Shown here piece after piece: positions 43,030 to 52,353 of a stretch of 64,000 nucleotides of DNA. The stretch lies in the IMG/VR virus record IMGVR_UViG_3300025127_007327, positions 33,460 to 97,459 of that record, one strand, 5' to 3'. Numbering within the stretch: the first letter of the stretch is position 1; each line of letters begins with the position of its first letter. The translations under genes were made by a program, and so were the position numbers. The stretch is from a virus. Under the pieces are notes generated by a model, which saw nothing but the letters and a program-made list of their open reading frames with translations, had not been told where the DNA came from and did no database searches.

Positions 43030-44091
43030 ATGCCAGTAAAAAGTTTTGAACCAATTAATCCATCAGCAGATGTTACCACTACAAGAACATTTCTCCATGA
43101 AGTGATTCCTATTACTGGTTCCATCATCAGTGGTACGTATTCAGATAATAACATCAAAAACTATACACATGGAATGTTTCAGAGTGTTTTTGATTATCCA
43201 TTCCTGAGTTCTTCAGCTAACCATATCTTTGATATAAGTATGGGCTATGCTGGTACCTCTGCAATTTCAGCATCAGCTAATGTGCAGGGTGTTAAAAAAG
43301 TTAACATGTATACGGAATTTGCACAAGTGCTTTTGGGATACACAGGCTCCGACAATTCCATTAGAGTTTTTGAATCAGACTTATTGCTCGATCAAACAGG
43401 ATCTATGCGTGAATGCTTTTTTGTTAACTTTTCCAGACTATTAACGAAAGATGAAATTAAGAAAAACTCATTTAGCATCACTCTAGGATCTGGTTCATAC
43501 GGCGGAAACTCAGCGCCCGGTAATGCAACCTTTTCTCCAACCGTTACCTTGCAAGATGCAAAGGCTCGAATTAATGGTGATGGCGTTACTAATACCGTTG
43601 GGGGTGATTATGGTGTACTTTTTTCTAACTCTGCTGGCACCGGCGACGGTCTTGGTGTAGTTTTCTATCAAGCAGGAATTGCAGTCATTACAGCTTCTGT
43701 TTTTGGAACTATGGCAGACTTTGCGAAACACCCAACTCACGGTAACCAAACAACCCAGCAAGCCTTTACTGGCTCATCTATGACTGGTTCAATTGAAGCC
43801 TTCCGCAGAAGAATACAAAACATTAGCTTCAATAACACAACTGAAGTTAACTCTACAATTTACTTCTGTCGAGCACCAGCTAATAAATTTAATTATAGTT
43901 CTAACCCAACGTATGTGTCAGGCAGTAAGATTAGAGTTAAGAACGTTGCATCTGATAATCCGGTGTCTTACGTAACAACCGTTGGGCTTTATAACTCTTC
44001 TAATGAATTGTTGGCAGTTGCAAAACTTTCAGAGCCTCTTAAGAAAAGTGTAGACAACGAGCTTACAATTAGAGTAAGATTGGACTACTAA
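43030..44091 (+). CDS. Tail/baseplate structural protein
   Basis: C-terminal YVTTVGLYNSSNELLAVAKLSEP resembles the GLYD-x-G-x-LIAVA motif of tail-collar domains. Confidence 0.6.
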   Translation: MPVKSFEPINPSADVTTTRTFLHEVIPITGSIISGTYSDNNIKNYTHGMFQSVFDYPFLSSSANHIFDISMGYAGTSAISASANVQGVKKVNMYTEFAQVLLGYTGSDNSIRVFESDLLLDQTGSMRECFFVNFSRLLTKDEIKKNSFSITLGSGSYGGNSAPGNATFSPTVTLQDAKARINGDGVTNTVGGDYGVLFSNSAGTGDGLGVVFYQAGIAVITASVFGTMADFAKHPTHGNQTTQQAFTGSSMTGSIEAFRRRIQNISFNNTTEVNSTIYFCRAPANKFNYSSNPTYVSGSKIRVKNVASDNPVSYVTTVGLYNSSNELLAVAKLSEPLKKSVDNELTIRVRLDY

Positions 44092-44092
44092 A

Positions 44093-45343
44093 ATGTCTTA
44101 CCGTAAGTTCGGTAAAAATGATGTTTTAATAAACACACTCAAAGCTAATCCTGAGAGTGAGTTTATAATTTACGATAGTAATATATTTTACAACGATAGA
44201 GTTGCTCAAGTAGGACAGTTCCAGTCGGCTTCTGCAAATCCCGGCAATATCTATATGACTCCATCAGGTCATATAAATTTGTATGAATATAATATTGACA
44301 GACTTAGCGGCTCTAATAACTTAATACTCCCTTACTTATCAAAAGATAGCACTCGTGTAAGTTTACACATGACCTCTTCTGCTTTTACTGTAGAAGAACT
44401 TGCAACTGAGTTTGCTTTTGGTGACAGAATTAATGGTGTTTATCCACAAAACACTAGTATACGCAGACAGTTTATTGCAACACCGTCTGGTAGTTGCGAT
44501 GCTCGTAGTAAAGCCACTTGTGGGCACAACATGTACTACTGGTCTTTACGGCCGCTACTTAATCACTATGGTACGCTAAGCGAACATTATAAGGTCACGT
44601 CTTCATTTGGAAACAAAGATGAGCAAAAAATAAATCTAATTCATATACCATCAATCTTTTATGGAAATAGAATTAAACCCGGTACTGTATCATTGCGTTG
44701 GCACGTAACAGGCACTTTGTTGGCTGAAATTACGGATAGCAAACAAAATGGTGAGCTTATACAAAACACTGCTGGTGCTAGCACAGGCTCTAACGTTAGC
44801 GCTGTTCAGGGTGTTGTTATGTATGATGAAGGGTTTATCATTTTAACTGGTTCAGAAAATTTATTTAAAAATTCAAAATTTGGTCTGGAAGCTGATGAAG
44901 CAGATCAATTTCCAAAGTGGATTTACTGGGGTGCTGGCGCAAGAGACGGCGTTACGACCACTAATACAAGCGCTACGTATAAGAACGCATCGTTTGCAAT
45001 GAGCTTTGAGGCAGAAACTACCACTGAAACAATTACAATGTATGCTAGAGCCCATAGGGGGCAAGTAAACTACTCTAATAACCCTACGTTTATTAGTTCT
45101 AGTCAACAACTAATTCAATTTACATCATCGCATGTATACGAAGAGAATCAAGAAAGACTATTAAAAAACATTGTTTCGTCCAGCCACATTGGATATAATG
45201 AAAAATTCAGAAGACAAGTTTACATTTCTAAGGTTGCGGTGTATGATGAAGAAAAAAATCTTATTGGTATTGCAACATTAGCTGATCCGATATTAAAAGA
45301 TGAAGATCAAGATTATGTTTTTAAACTAAAAATGGATTTATAG
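44093..45343 (+). CDS. Tail/baseplate structural protein (paralogue of 43030)
   Basis: Shares NYSxNPT and YISKVAVYDEEKNLIGIATLADP with the 43030 protein. Confidence 0.6.
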   Translation: MSYRKFGKNDVLINTLKANPESEFIIYDSNIFYNDRVAQVGQFQSASANPGNIYMTPSGHINLYEYNIDRLSGSNNLILPYLSKDSTRVSLHMTSSAFTVEELATEFAFGDRINGVYPQNTSIRRQFIATPSGSCDARSKATCGHNMYYWSLRPLLNHYGTLSEHYKVTSSFGNKDEQKINLIHIPSIFYGNRIKPGTVSLRWHVTGTLLAEITDSKQNGELIQNTAGASTGSNVSAVQGVVMYDEGFIILTGSENLFKNSKFGLEADEADQFPKWIYWGAGARDGVTTTNTSATYKNASFAMSFEAETTTETITMYARAHRGQVNYSNNPTFISSSQQLIQFTSSHVYEENQERLLKNIVSSSHIGYNEKFRRQVYISKVAVYDEEKNLIGIATLADPILKDEDQDYVFKLKMDL

Positions 45344-45349
45344 TATAAT
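45344..45349 (+). promoter_or_regulatory. Candidate -10 box (TATAAT), possibly a leaderless transcript for the resolvase
   Basis: Perfect TATAAT 6 nt before the ATG at 45356. The -35 position is poor (TTAAAC at 45321) and no ribosome-binding site is present. Confidence 0.4.
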
Positions 45350-45355
45350 AACAAC

Positions 45356-45916
45356 ATGATTTTAGGCGTAGATGTATCAACCAGCATTACTGGTTTTGCA
45401 GTTGTATCCGATGGACAATTGCTTTATTATGATTCAATTGATTTGAGAAGACATAAAAATATTTTTGACAAAACAATTGCAATTAAAGAAAAGATATTAG
45501 ACTTGTACGAGATGTATCAGTTAAATAATGATGATAGCTCTTCAGCAGGATTTGGCGACTCTAAGTTTCCTATTGAACACATATACATTGAACAGCCATT
45601 TACGTTCTTTAATTCAGGTGGCTCCTCCGCTAAAACGATGGCTGCACTACAAAAATTTAATGGTATTGTGTCGTGGTTATTGTTTGAAGTATTTGAAATA
45701 CGTCCAGAGTTTATTGGAGCTACTGCTGCCAGAAAGCAAGCAGGAATAAAAGTGCCTCGCGGACAAAAAGCAAAACAAGTTGTTTTACAGCATTTACTTG
45801 ACACTGAGCCAGCTTTTACAATAGAATATACTAGACATGGAAATCCTAAGCCTGAAAGTTATGATAGGGCTGATGCAATAGTAATTGCGAAGGCAGGATG
45901 GGAAATAGAAAAGTAA
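45356..45916 (+). CDS. ruvC: RuvC-like Holliday junction resolvase
   Basis: ILGVDVSTSITGFA, IYIEQP and DRADAIVIA provide the RNase H-fold D/E/D/D catalytic set. Confidence 0.85.
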   Translation: MILGVDVSTSITGFAVVSDGQLLYYDSIDLRRHKNIFDKTIAIKEKILDLYEMYQLNNDDSSSAGFGDSKFPIEHIYIEQPFTFFNSGGSSAKTMAALQKFNGIVSWLLFEVFEIRPEFIGATAARKQAGIKVPRGQKAKQVVLQHLLDTEPAFTIEYTRHGNPKPESYDRADAIVIAKAGWEIEK

Positions 45917-45918
45917 CA

Positions 45919-45926
45919 ACTATTTA
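45919..45926 (+). promoter_or_regulatory. Candidate late promoter ACTATTTA
   Basis: Intergenic, between the resolvase and the small virion gene. Confidence 0.55.
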
Positions 45927-45954
45927 TATGTGCATATTCAAGGAGAACCATTAA

Positions 45955-46320
45955 ATGGCCGTCACAGTAACAAATCAATCAAACCCTTTAGGTAGCAAAA
46001 TCGTTCAAGATACAGGCGCTACCGGCACAGCAGTTAACAATACGACTGGTGCAAGTGGAACCTTGTTTATGGTAGAAATTGATAATTCTGGTTTTGGAAC
46101 AGCGGTATATTTCAAATTAGCAAATACAGCTAGCGCTACTGCCGGTACCACAGCAGCCGACATCGTTTTGCTTTGCCCAGCTTCCACAAAAAGAAGTTAT
46201 GTATTTCCAGAGGGTATAGCATTCTCTGCTGGCTTTAGTCATTGGTGTGTCACGGGTGCCGCACAAGATAATACATCAGTTCCCGGTACACCACCTACAG
46301 TTCGTTACGTCACTAGCTAA
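45955..46320 (+). CDS. Small beta-rich virion protein (decoration-like)
   Basis: Thr/Ala/Gly-rich; AGGAG ribosome-binding site; ACTATTTA motif at 45919. Confidence 0.55.
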   Translation: MAVTVTNQSNPLGSKIVQDTGATGTAVNNTTGASGTLFMVEIDNSGFGTAVYFKLANTASATAGTTAADIVLLCPASTKRSYVFPEGIAFSAGFSHWCVTGAAQDNTSVPGTPPTVRYVTS

Positions 46321-46323
46321 TAC

Positions 46324-46352
46324 TTGACACGAATTACACAATGTGTTATTCT
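46324..46352 (+). promoter_or_regulatory. Sigma70-type promoter for the primase gene
   Basis: TTGACA (46324-29), 17-bp spacer, TGn-TATTCT (46347-52). Confidence 0.8.
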
Positions 46353-46368
46353 TAGTTCGTGAGGGATC

Positions 46369-47307
46369 GTGAACAAAAAAGAAGCGAAGAAAATACTACA
46401 TGAAACGCTTGGAAACCACTTTGACAAAGGACACGAGCTTCTTTTTACGTGTCCGGCATGCGGTCACCACAAACGTAAGTTTTCTGTTAACCTTGATAAA
46501 AATGTATTTAAGTGTTGGGTTTGTGATTATCGGGGTCGTAATATTAGGCGCGTTATACGCCGTTTTGGTTCTTATCTCCAATTACAAAAATGGGACTCAA
46601 TATCGGGTCGTGCAGACTTGGAAAGATTTGCTGACCTTTTTAGTGAGGAGGAGTCTGAAGCAGGGAGTCAAAAAATACAACTCCCAGAGGAATTCATAAG
46701 CCTAACTAGCGATAAGGCTCCTGCAACTGGACGTTATGCAATGAAATATTTGCAGTCTAGAGGTGTTTCAAAACAAGATATTCTCAAATGGAAAATTGGC
46801 TACTGTTTCGACGGAGAATATCGTAATAGAATAATTATACCATCTTTTGACGAGGATGGCGATTGTAGCTACTTTATCGCTAGATCCTATACTGGAGACT
46901 CTTATAAGTATAAAAACCCGAGAGCGTCGAAGGATATAGTGTTTAACGACCTATTTATTGACTGGAATGATGATTTAGTATTAGTAGAAGGAGTTTTTGA
47001 TGCACTGGTCGCCGGAAATGCTGTTCCTATATTGGGTTCAACCCTACGGTCGGGGTCCGACTTATTACGAAAGATTGTACGGAACGACACCCCAATCTAC
47101 ATTGCCCTCGACCCCGACGCCGCGAAAAAAGAGCGTAGGATTATTGACATGTTGCTTCGTTACGATATCGAGCTTTATAAAATCGATGTTACCGGATACG
47201 AAGACGTAGGCTCAATGCCTAAAGAGGTATTTGCACAAAGAAAAGAAAACGCATCGTTTATCGACAGAGATAACTATTTATTGTTAGATTTGCTTACGGC
47301 GGTGTAA
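46369..47307 (+). CDS. dnaG: DNA primase (DnaG/gp61-like)
   Basis: Zn finger CPACGHHK...CWVC, YLQSRG, RIIIP, KYKNP, and TOPRIM motifs LVEGVFDAL and LDPDA. Confidence 0.9.
   Translation: MNKKEAKKILHETLGNHFDKGHELLFTCPACGHHKRKFSVNLDKNVFKCWVCDYRGRNIRRVIRRFGSYLQLQKWDSISGRADLERFADLFSEEESEAGSQKIQLPEEFISLTSDKAPATGRYAMKYLQSRGVSKQDILKWKIGYCFDGEYRNRIIIPSFDEDGDCSYFIARSYTGDSYKYKNPRASKDIVFNDLFIDWNDDLVLVEGVFDALVAGNAVPILGSTLRSGSDLLRKIVRNDTPIYIALDPDAAKKERRIIDMLLRYDIELYKIDVTGYEDVGSMPKEVFAQRKENASFIDRDNYLLLDLLTAV
47273..47280 (+). promoter_or_regulatory. Candidate late promoter ACTATTTA
   Basis: In the primase 3' end, upstream of the putative head-protein genes. Confidence 0.5.
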
Positions 47308-47308
47308 A

Positions 47309-48079
47309 ATGAATAACAATCAAAAGTTTATCAACGAAAATTTTAAGCGTTGGGTTAATGAGACAGATAAGTACGCGCACATTGATGAAATAATTGCAGA
47401 GTATGATTTATTAGAGGAATCTTCTGCTCAAGAGCTTCATGAATTACAAATACCCGGTCTCTCTTTTGTTGTTAGATCATGGAGATGGCTTATACCTTTA
47501 ATGAATGTTGTAGCGAGTCATCCAAAAACTCCTGAATCTTTGCGAAAGTTGGCTTATGAGCCAGCTAGAACTGCAAACGAAATGGAAAATAAACTTAATA
47601 AATTTGCGAAAGAGTACCCTACGATTTGGAATAGTGTTCAAGGTGTATTGGGGGTTTCTGATATTTTAGGAACTATAAAGGGAGAAGCACTTCGCTCGAT
47701 TTTAATTAAAGTGCAGGATTCTCTTTATCAAGGGCCCGAATATAATGCTAAGCTGGCAGCGCAAGATAAACAAAAGCGCAAAGCTGCTGCTAAAAAAGCG
47801 GGACCAACTCCCAAGGTTAAGGATATCGACACCAGTCAGCCTCCCGCGCCTCCACCGGGTCGCGAAGATGATGAAGAACTTTCACAATCAATTCCATTTG
47901 TTCCAAGACCACCTAGGACTCCGAAGCGCGTTCAAATTCAAAAAGAGAAAGAAAGAAAAGAAAAAGAAAAAAGAGCACAACAAATTCGCCAAGCTCAACG
48001 CATGCGTGATGCACAGAGGGCTGCCAGAGCACGAACTATGCGTGATTTAGGTGATGATTTTAATGAATCGAAAAAGTAA
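47309..48079 (+). CDS. Putative internal head protein with basic C-terminal helix
   Basis: Leader KFINENFKRWVNE, an amphipathic middle and a Lys/Arg-rich tail; late-type motif upstream. Confidence 0.5.
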   Translation: MNNNQKFINENFKRWVNETDKYAHIDEIIAEYDLLEESSAQELHELQIPGLSFVVRSWRWLIPLMNVVASHPKTPESLRKLAYEPARTANEMENKLNKFAKEYPTIWNSVQGVLGVSDILGTIKGEALRSILIKVQDSLYQGPEYNAKLAAQDKQKRKAAAKKAGPTPKVKDIDTSQPPAPPPGREDDEELSQSIPFVPRPPRTPKRVQIQKEKERKEKEKRAQQIRQAQRMRDAQRAARARTMRDLGDDFNESKK

Positions 48080-48086
48080 TTGAACA

Positions 48087-48896
48087 ATGATTATTAATGA
48101 AACTAGATTGAACCAAATCATACGTGAAGAGATAGAGCTTCGTATTGTTAAGGAAACAATTACTGAAGTAATATCAGAAATGCAACTTGATCTTACCGAA
48201 GAACGAAGATTAATTATTGAAAAATCACTACTTGATAGTATAAAAAGTGCGGCTAGAAAAGCAGGCGTTTCAATAAGTGTTATGGCTGCGTTGGCGTTTG
48301 GCACACAGGTTGCGTCAAATGTTCAAGAATTAGAAGGTGTTGGTACTACACCGGCCGCCGCAGAACAGTTACAAAACGCAATTGAAGCTGGTCAAAATAT
48401 ATCAGATGCACGCGCTGAATTTATTGAAGATGCCATTGCTTCTAGTAGCCGTGAAGGCGAAATTCCTGCAGATTTAGAACAAGGTGTTGGTGCTGATGAT
48501 GCTAAAGATATTGCAATGGATCGTCTTGAAGCTGAGTTTGCTTCCAGAGGTGAAATTGAAAGCACTGGCAAAATGCAACAAACCGCGCGCGGAGGAGTTT
48601 ATATTACGTATGTCCCATACGATAGTCTTCCAAAGGGATTTAAGGACACGTTTACTCGCGGTGCCGAAAAGGAAGACCTTAAACAATACTATCAGACTAT
48701 GGATATACAAGAATTAGCAGATCTTGTGAGGGATTTTAATAAGTGGGGCTCGGAAGGTCAAGGGAGTTTTTACAAGTCTGAGTCAACCGGAACAAGGCTT
48801 TTACCTTCATCTTGGTCAATTGCATATAAAGCTTGGCAAGACAAAACTGCAGAACGGGGCGCCAAAGGAAAAAGCTTAGCTAAAGAAAATGCTTGA
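48087..48896 (+). CDS. Putative internal head protein (shared-leader family)
   Basis: Leader MIINETRLNQIIREE. Confidence 0.55.
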   Translation: MIINETRLNQIIREEIELRIVKETITEVISEMQLDLTEERRLIIEKSLLDSIKSAARKAGVSISVMAALAFGTQVASNVQELEGVGTTPAAAEQLQNAIEAGQNISDARAEFIEDAIASSSREGEIPADLEQGVGADDAKDIAMDRLEAEFASRGEIESTGKMQQTARGGVYITYVPYDSLPKGFKDTFTRGAEKEDLKQYYQTMDIQELADLVRDFNKWGSEGQGSFYKSESTGTRLLPSSWSIAYKAWQDKTAERGAKGKSLAKENA

Positions 48897-48921
48897 CAGT
48901 TACACTGTGTAATGATATAGT
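48893..48921 (+). promoter_or_regulatory. Sigma70-type promoter for the sbcDC fusion
   Basis: TTGACA (48893-98), 17-bp spacer, TGn-TATAGT (48916-21); AGGAG ribosome-binding site before GTG 48943. Confidence 0.85.
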
Positions 48922-48942
48922 AAATGTTATAGGAGTGTATTT

Positions 48943-51900
48943 GTGACCATTAAGATAGCGCACGTTTCCGATATTCATGTGCGAAAATTAAAATATCATA
49001 AAGAATATCGAGCAGTATTTGAGCAGCTTTACGAAAAGCTGAGAGAAGAAAAGCCCGACATTATTGTGAACACGGGTGACACCTTTCATACAAAGCTCGA
49101 CATGTCACCAGAAGCAATTAAAATGATGAGCGAGTTGTTTGTTGGCTTAGCCGACATTGCACCTTATCATATGATTCTCGGTAATCATGATATGAATCTT
49201 AAGAATAGTGGTAGGCTTGATGCCATATCACCTATTGTTGACTACCTTGAACACCCTAATATACACTTTCATAAGTATGCATCAGTGGTAGAGGTCGCAC
49301 CCGGTATTGATCTGCACGTCTTGTCTATTGTTGACCCTGAGAATTGGCAAAAGGAATTACCTCAAGATCGTGTCAATATTGCCCTGTATCACGGCTCTGT
49401 TGTGGGCTCAGTCACAGATAGCGGCTGGATGATGACACACGGTGATATTTCTCTTGACGAGCTTGAAAAGTATGATTATGCTATGCTTGGAGATATCCAC
49501 AAGACAGATCAAAAAGTAGATAATCATGGAAGAGCCAAGTATCCCGGCTCACTAGTTCAGCAGAATCATGGAGAGTCAAATGATAAAGGCTATCTTATAT
49601 GGGATATTGAAGATAAAAATACTTGGACTACGAGACATGTTTCCCTTACGAATCCAAAGCCTTTTATCACGATTGAGCTTACTCGTAAAGGACGAATGCC
49701 AAAGAATATTTCTATTCCGTTTGGTGCTCGTTTGCGGCTCGTTAGTAATAACAATTTGCCGCTGGATACCATGAAGCGTGCGGTGGATATCGCAAAGCAT
49801 CGATTTAAGCCAGAAACAATATCATTCCTTAACCGAGCATCAGGTGAGCGAGGCTCTGTTGAATCATTGACTGATGGTTTACAAACAGAAAACTTACGGG
49901 ACATAAAAGTACAAGAAGAATTAATTGATGAATATCTGGTTGATTATGAAGTACCAGAAAAGACGCTTGAGAAAGTTTACGAACTAAATAAGAAGTATAA
50001 TAAAATTGTTGAGGACAATGAAGATGTATCGCGGAATATTAACTGGAAACTTGTTGACTTTGAGTTTGACAATCTGTTTAATTACGGGGATGGTAATAAT
50101 GTTAGCTTTGAAGAGCTAAGTGGCATTATTGGAATCTTTGGTAAAAACTTTTCTGGTAAAAGCAGTATTATTGATGGTATCCTGTGGACACTATTCAATA
50201 CAACATCCAAGAACGAACGAAAGAACTTGAATGTTATTAATCAAAATAAAGAGTTTTGTCGAGGTAAGGTAAAAATACAGATTGGTGATAAAACGTACAC
50301 TGTTGAAAGATCGGCTAAGAAATACGTTAAAAGACTGAAAGGTGAAGAAACATTAGAAGCCAAAACTGAGTTGAACTTTGAAGTGTTTGACCCTGTAATG
50401 GGCGAAACAACTTCTTTAAATGGTCTTACTAGAACGCTAACGGACGCAAATATAAGAAAGCAGTTTGGTACACTTGATGACTTTTCAGTGTCGTCTCTGT
50501 CCTCTCAACATGGAGCACTAGCTTTTATCGATGAAGGCTCGACACGCCGTAAAGAAATCATTGCAAAGTTTTTGGACCTTGAATTGTTTGATCGTAAGTT
50601 CAAATTAGCCAAAGAAGATTCTGTTGATTTAAAGGGTGCCTTAAAAAGATTAGAAAGCAAAAACTATGATGAAGACCTTGAAACTGCGACAGCACTATTG
50701 TCTGAAGCGCGCACTGGGCTAACCGAACGTAAAGAACTGTGTGATTCACTTAAGTCTGCATTGTCAGAATTAAGAGATGTTGATTCAGAAATACAAAATA
50801 AAATCAATTCTATCCCGGCCGAAATTATTGATATTTCAACAGTTAGAAAACAAATCGCTGCTAAACAGAATCAAATCATTTCGTTGGAATCGAGAAATAA
50901 TGAAATCAATTCTGACTTGAAATTTAAACAGCAGCTTTATAAAAAAGTTAATGATTTTGTAAATGAGTTCGATTTGGAACATTATACAAAACTGCAAAAT
51001 GAAATTAACACAAAAAATAGTGAGCTTTCTGATAAAGAAAAGCAAATAGATAAGTTATCTGACGATTACGAAAACGTAATCAACAAAGAAAAACTATTAA
51101 ATAATATTCCATGCGGTACATCTTATCCTACATGCAAATTTATTAGAGACGCACATATAGCTGTGGCAAACAAAACCACAATTGAAGCCGAGCAAAACAG
51201 TGTTTTAAATTCTATTGAAGAATTAAAAAACTTAATTAATGATTTTAATCCTGATGAAGTTGACGAGCAACTTGAAAAATATCGCAACATTGAAAACAGT
51301 AAGCACGAGATATCTTCTAGTATTGCTGATATGAATCTAGAGCTTGAAAAAAATAAAAATTTGATTCATACAATCACAAATAAACTTGACGAACTACAAA
51401 CAAAGCACGACGAGTATGAGCTTAATAAAGAAGCAATTGAAAACTTAGAACTGTTGGTTGCTCAGCTTAATAAGTGTCACTATAAGATTGAACAAACAGA
51501 AAAAAGAATTAATGATTGTGATACAGCAACATTAGAGCTTGTAAAATCAGTTGGCTCATACGAACAAAAGATTGAAACAATCAAAGAACAAAAACAAGAG
51601 TATCAAGATTTGCAGACAGAGTTTGCGGCGTTTGATTTGTTTATGCAATGTATGCATCCTAACGGTATTGCTTACGATGTTATTAAGAAGAAGATACCAG
51701 TAATCAACGAAGAGATTGCGAAGGTGCTTGCTAATATTGTTGACTTTGAAGTATTCTTTGAAGCTGCAGGTAATAAGTTTGATATCAACATCAAGCATCC
51801 AAAGTATGAAGAGCGACCGATAGAGATGGCATCAGGTGCCGAGAAATCACTGTCAGCAATGGCTATCCGTTTAGCATTGTTGGGAGTTTCATCACTGCCA

Positions 51901-52101
51901 AAGTCAGACTTGTTTATCCTTGATGAGCCGGGTACAGCACTGGACGAAGATAATATGTCGGGTTTTATTCAGATTTTGGAACTAATTAAAGTGTATTTCA
52001 AGAATGTTTTGTTAATCTCACACCTTGACTCACTTAAAGATTGTGTAGATATGCAAATCGTGATTGATAAAAAAGCAGGATATGCAAAGGTTAACCAATA
52101 A
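48943..52101 (+). CDS. Fused SbcD/Mre11 nuclease - SbcC/Rad50 ATPase (gp47-gp46 fusion)
   Basis: Phosphoesterase motifs SDIH, GDTFH, GNHD and LGDIH; Walker A GKNFSGKS; long coiled coil; signature ASGAE; Walker B FILDEP; H-loop ISH. Confidence 0.93.
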   Translation: MTIKIAHVSDIHVRKLKYHKEYRAVFEQLYEKLREEKPDIIVNTGDTFHTKLDMSPEAIKMMSELFVGLADIAPYHMILGNHDMNLKNSGRLDAISPIVDYLEHPNIHFHKYASVVEVAPGIDLHVLSIVDPENWQKELPQDRVNIALYHGSVVGSVTDSGWMMTHGDISLDELEKYDYAMLGDIHKTDQKVDNHGRAKYPGSLVQQNHGESNDKGYLIWDIEDKNTWTTRHVSLTNPKPFITIELTRKGRMPKNISIPFGARLRLVSNNNLPLDTMKRAVDIAKHRFKPETISFLNRASGERGSVESLTDGLQTENLRDIKVQEELIDEYLVDYEVPEKTLEKVYELNKKYNKIVEDNEDVSRNINWKLVDFEFDNLFNYGDGNNVSFEELSGIIGIFGKNFSGKSSIIDGILWTLFNTTSKNERKNLNVINQNKEFCRGKVKIQIGDKTYTVERSAKKYVKRLKGEETLEAKTELNFEVFDPVMGETTSLNGLTRTLTDANIRKQFGTLDDFSVSSLSSQHGALAFIDEGSTRRKEIIAKFLDLELFDRKFKLAKEDSVDLKGALKRLESKNYDEDLETATALLSEARTGLTERKELCDSLKSALSELRDVDSEIQNKINSIPAEIIDISTVRKQIAAKQNQIISLESRNNEINSDLKFKQQLYKKVNDFVNEFDLEHYTKLQNEINTKNSELSDKEKQIDKLSDDYENVINKEKLLNNIPCGTSYPTCKFIRDAHIAVANKTTIEAEQNSVLNSIEELKNLINDFNPDEVDEQLEKYRNIENSKHEISSSIADMNLELEKNKNLIHTITNKLDELQTKHDEYELNKEAIENLELLVAQLNKCHYKIEQTEKRINDCDTATLELVKSVGSYEQKIETIKEQKQEYQDLQTEFAAFDLFMQCMHPNGIAYDVIKKKIPVINEEIAKVLANIVDFEVFFEAAGNKFDINIKHPKYEERPIEMASGAEKSLSAMAIRLALLGVSSLPKSDLFILDEPGTALDEDNMSGFIQILELIKVYFKNVLLISHLDSLKDCVDMQIVIDKKAGYAKVNQ
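51981..51988 (+). promoter_or_regulatory. Candidate late promoter ACTAATTA
   Basis: In the sbcDC 3' end, upstream of the cargo/tubulin/lysis cassette. Confidence 0.4.
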
Positions 52102-52352
52102 TGAGAATTACTAAACAACAACTTAAACAAATTATCATGGAAGAAATTGATAATAAAACGGAAATAACTGAAAACTCTATAGTTTCAGAAACTCTTAATT
52201 CTTTAGAATCAACTACTGATATGGTCTTATCTCTGGATGAAGAACAATTAAATGAAGTTTTGCCAGCTTTAATGCCAATAATTACCAAAGCTCTCGCAAA
52301 CCCTGCTGTGTTACAAGCTATATTGGGTGCCCTTACTGGTGGCGGTAAATAA
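52101..52352 (+). CDS. Small shared-leader protein with hydrophobic C-terminal peptide
   Basis: Leader MRITKQQLKQIIMEE. Confidence 0.6.
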   Translation: MRITKQQLKQIIMEEIDNKTEITENSIVSETLNSLESTTDMVLSLDEEQLNEVLPALMPIITKALANPAVLQAILGALTGGGK

Positions 52353-52353
52353 A

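Noticed and set aside
6193-45343. Bacterial contractile injection system (eCIS/T6SS/tailocin)
   Set aside because: It is contiguous with portal, terminase, primase and late sigma genes, which indicates a phage.
1-52101. Eukaryotic giant virus origin (glycan genes, Mre11-Rad50 fusion)
   Set aside because: T4-like portal, terminase and baseplate, sigma70 promoters, Shine-Dalgarno sites and a peptidoglycan peptidase indicate a bacteriophage.
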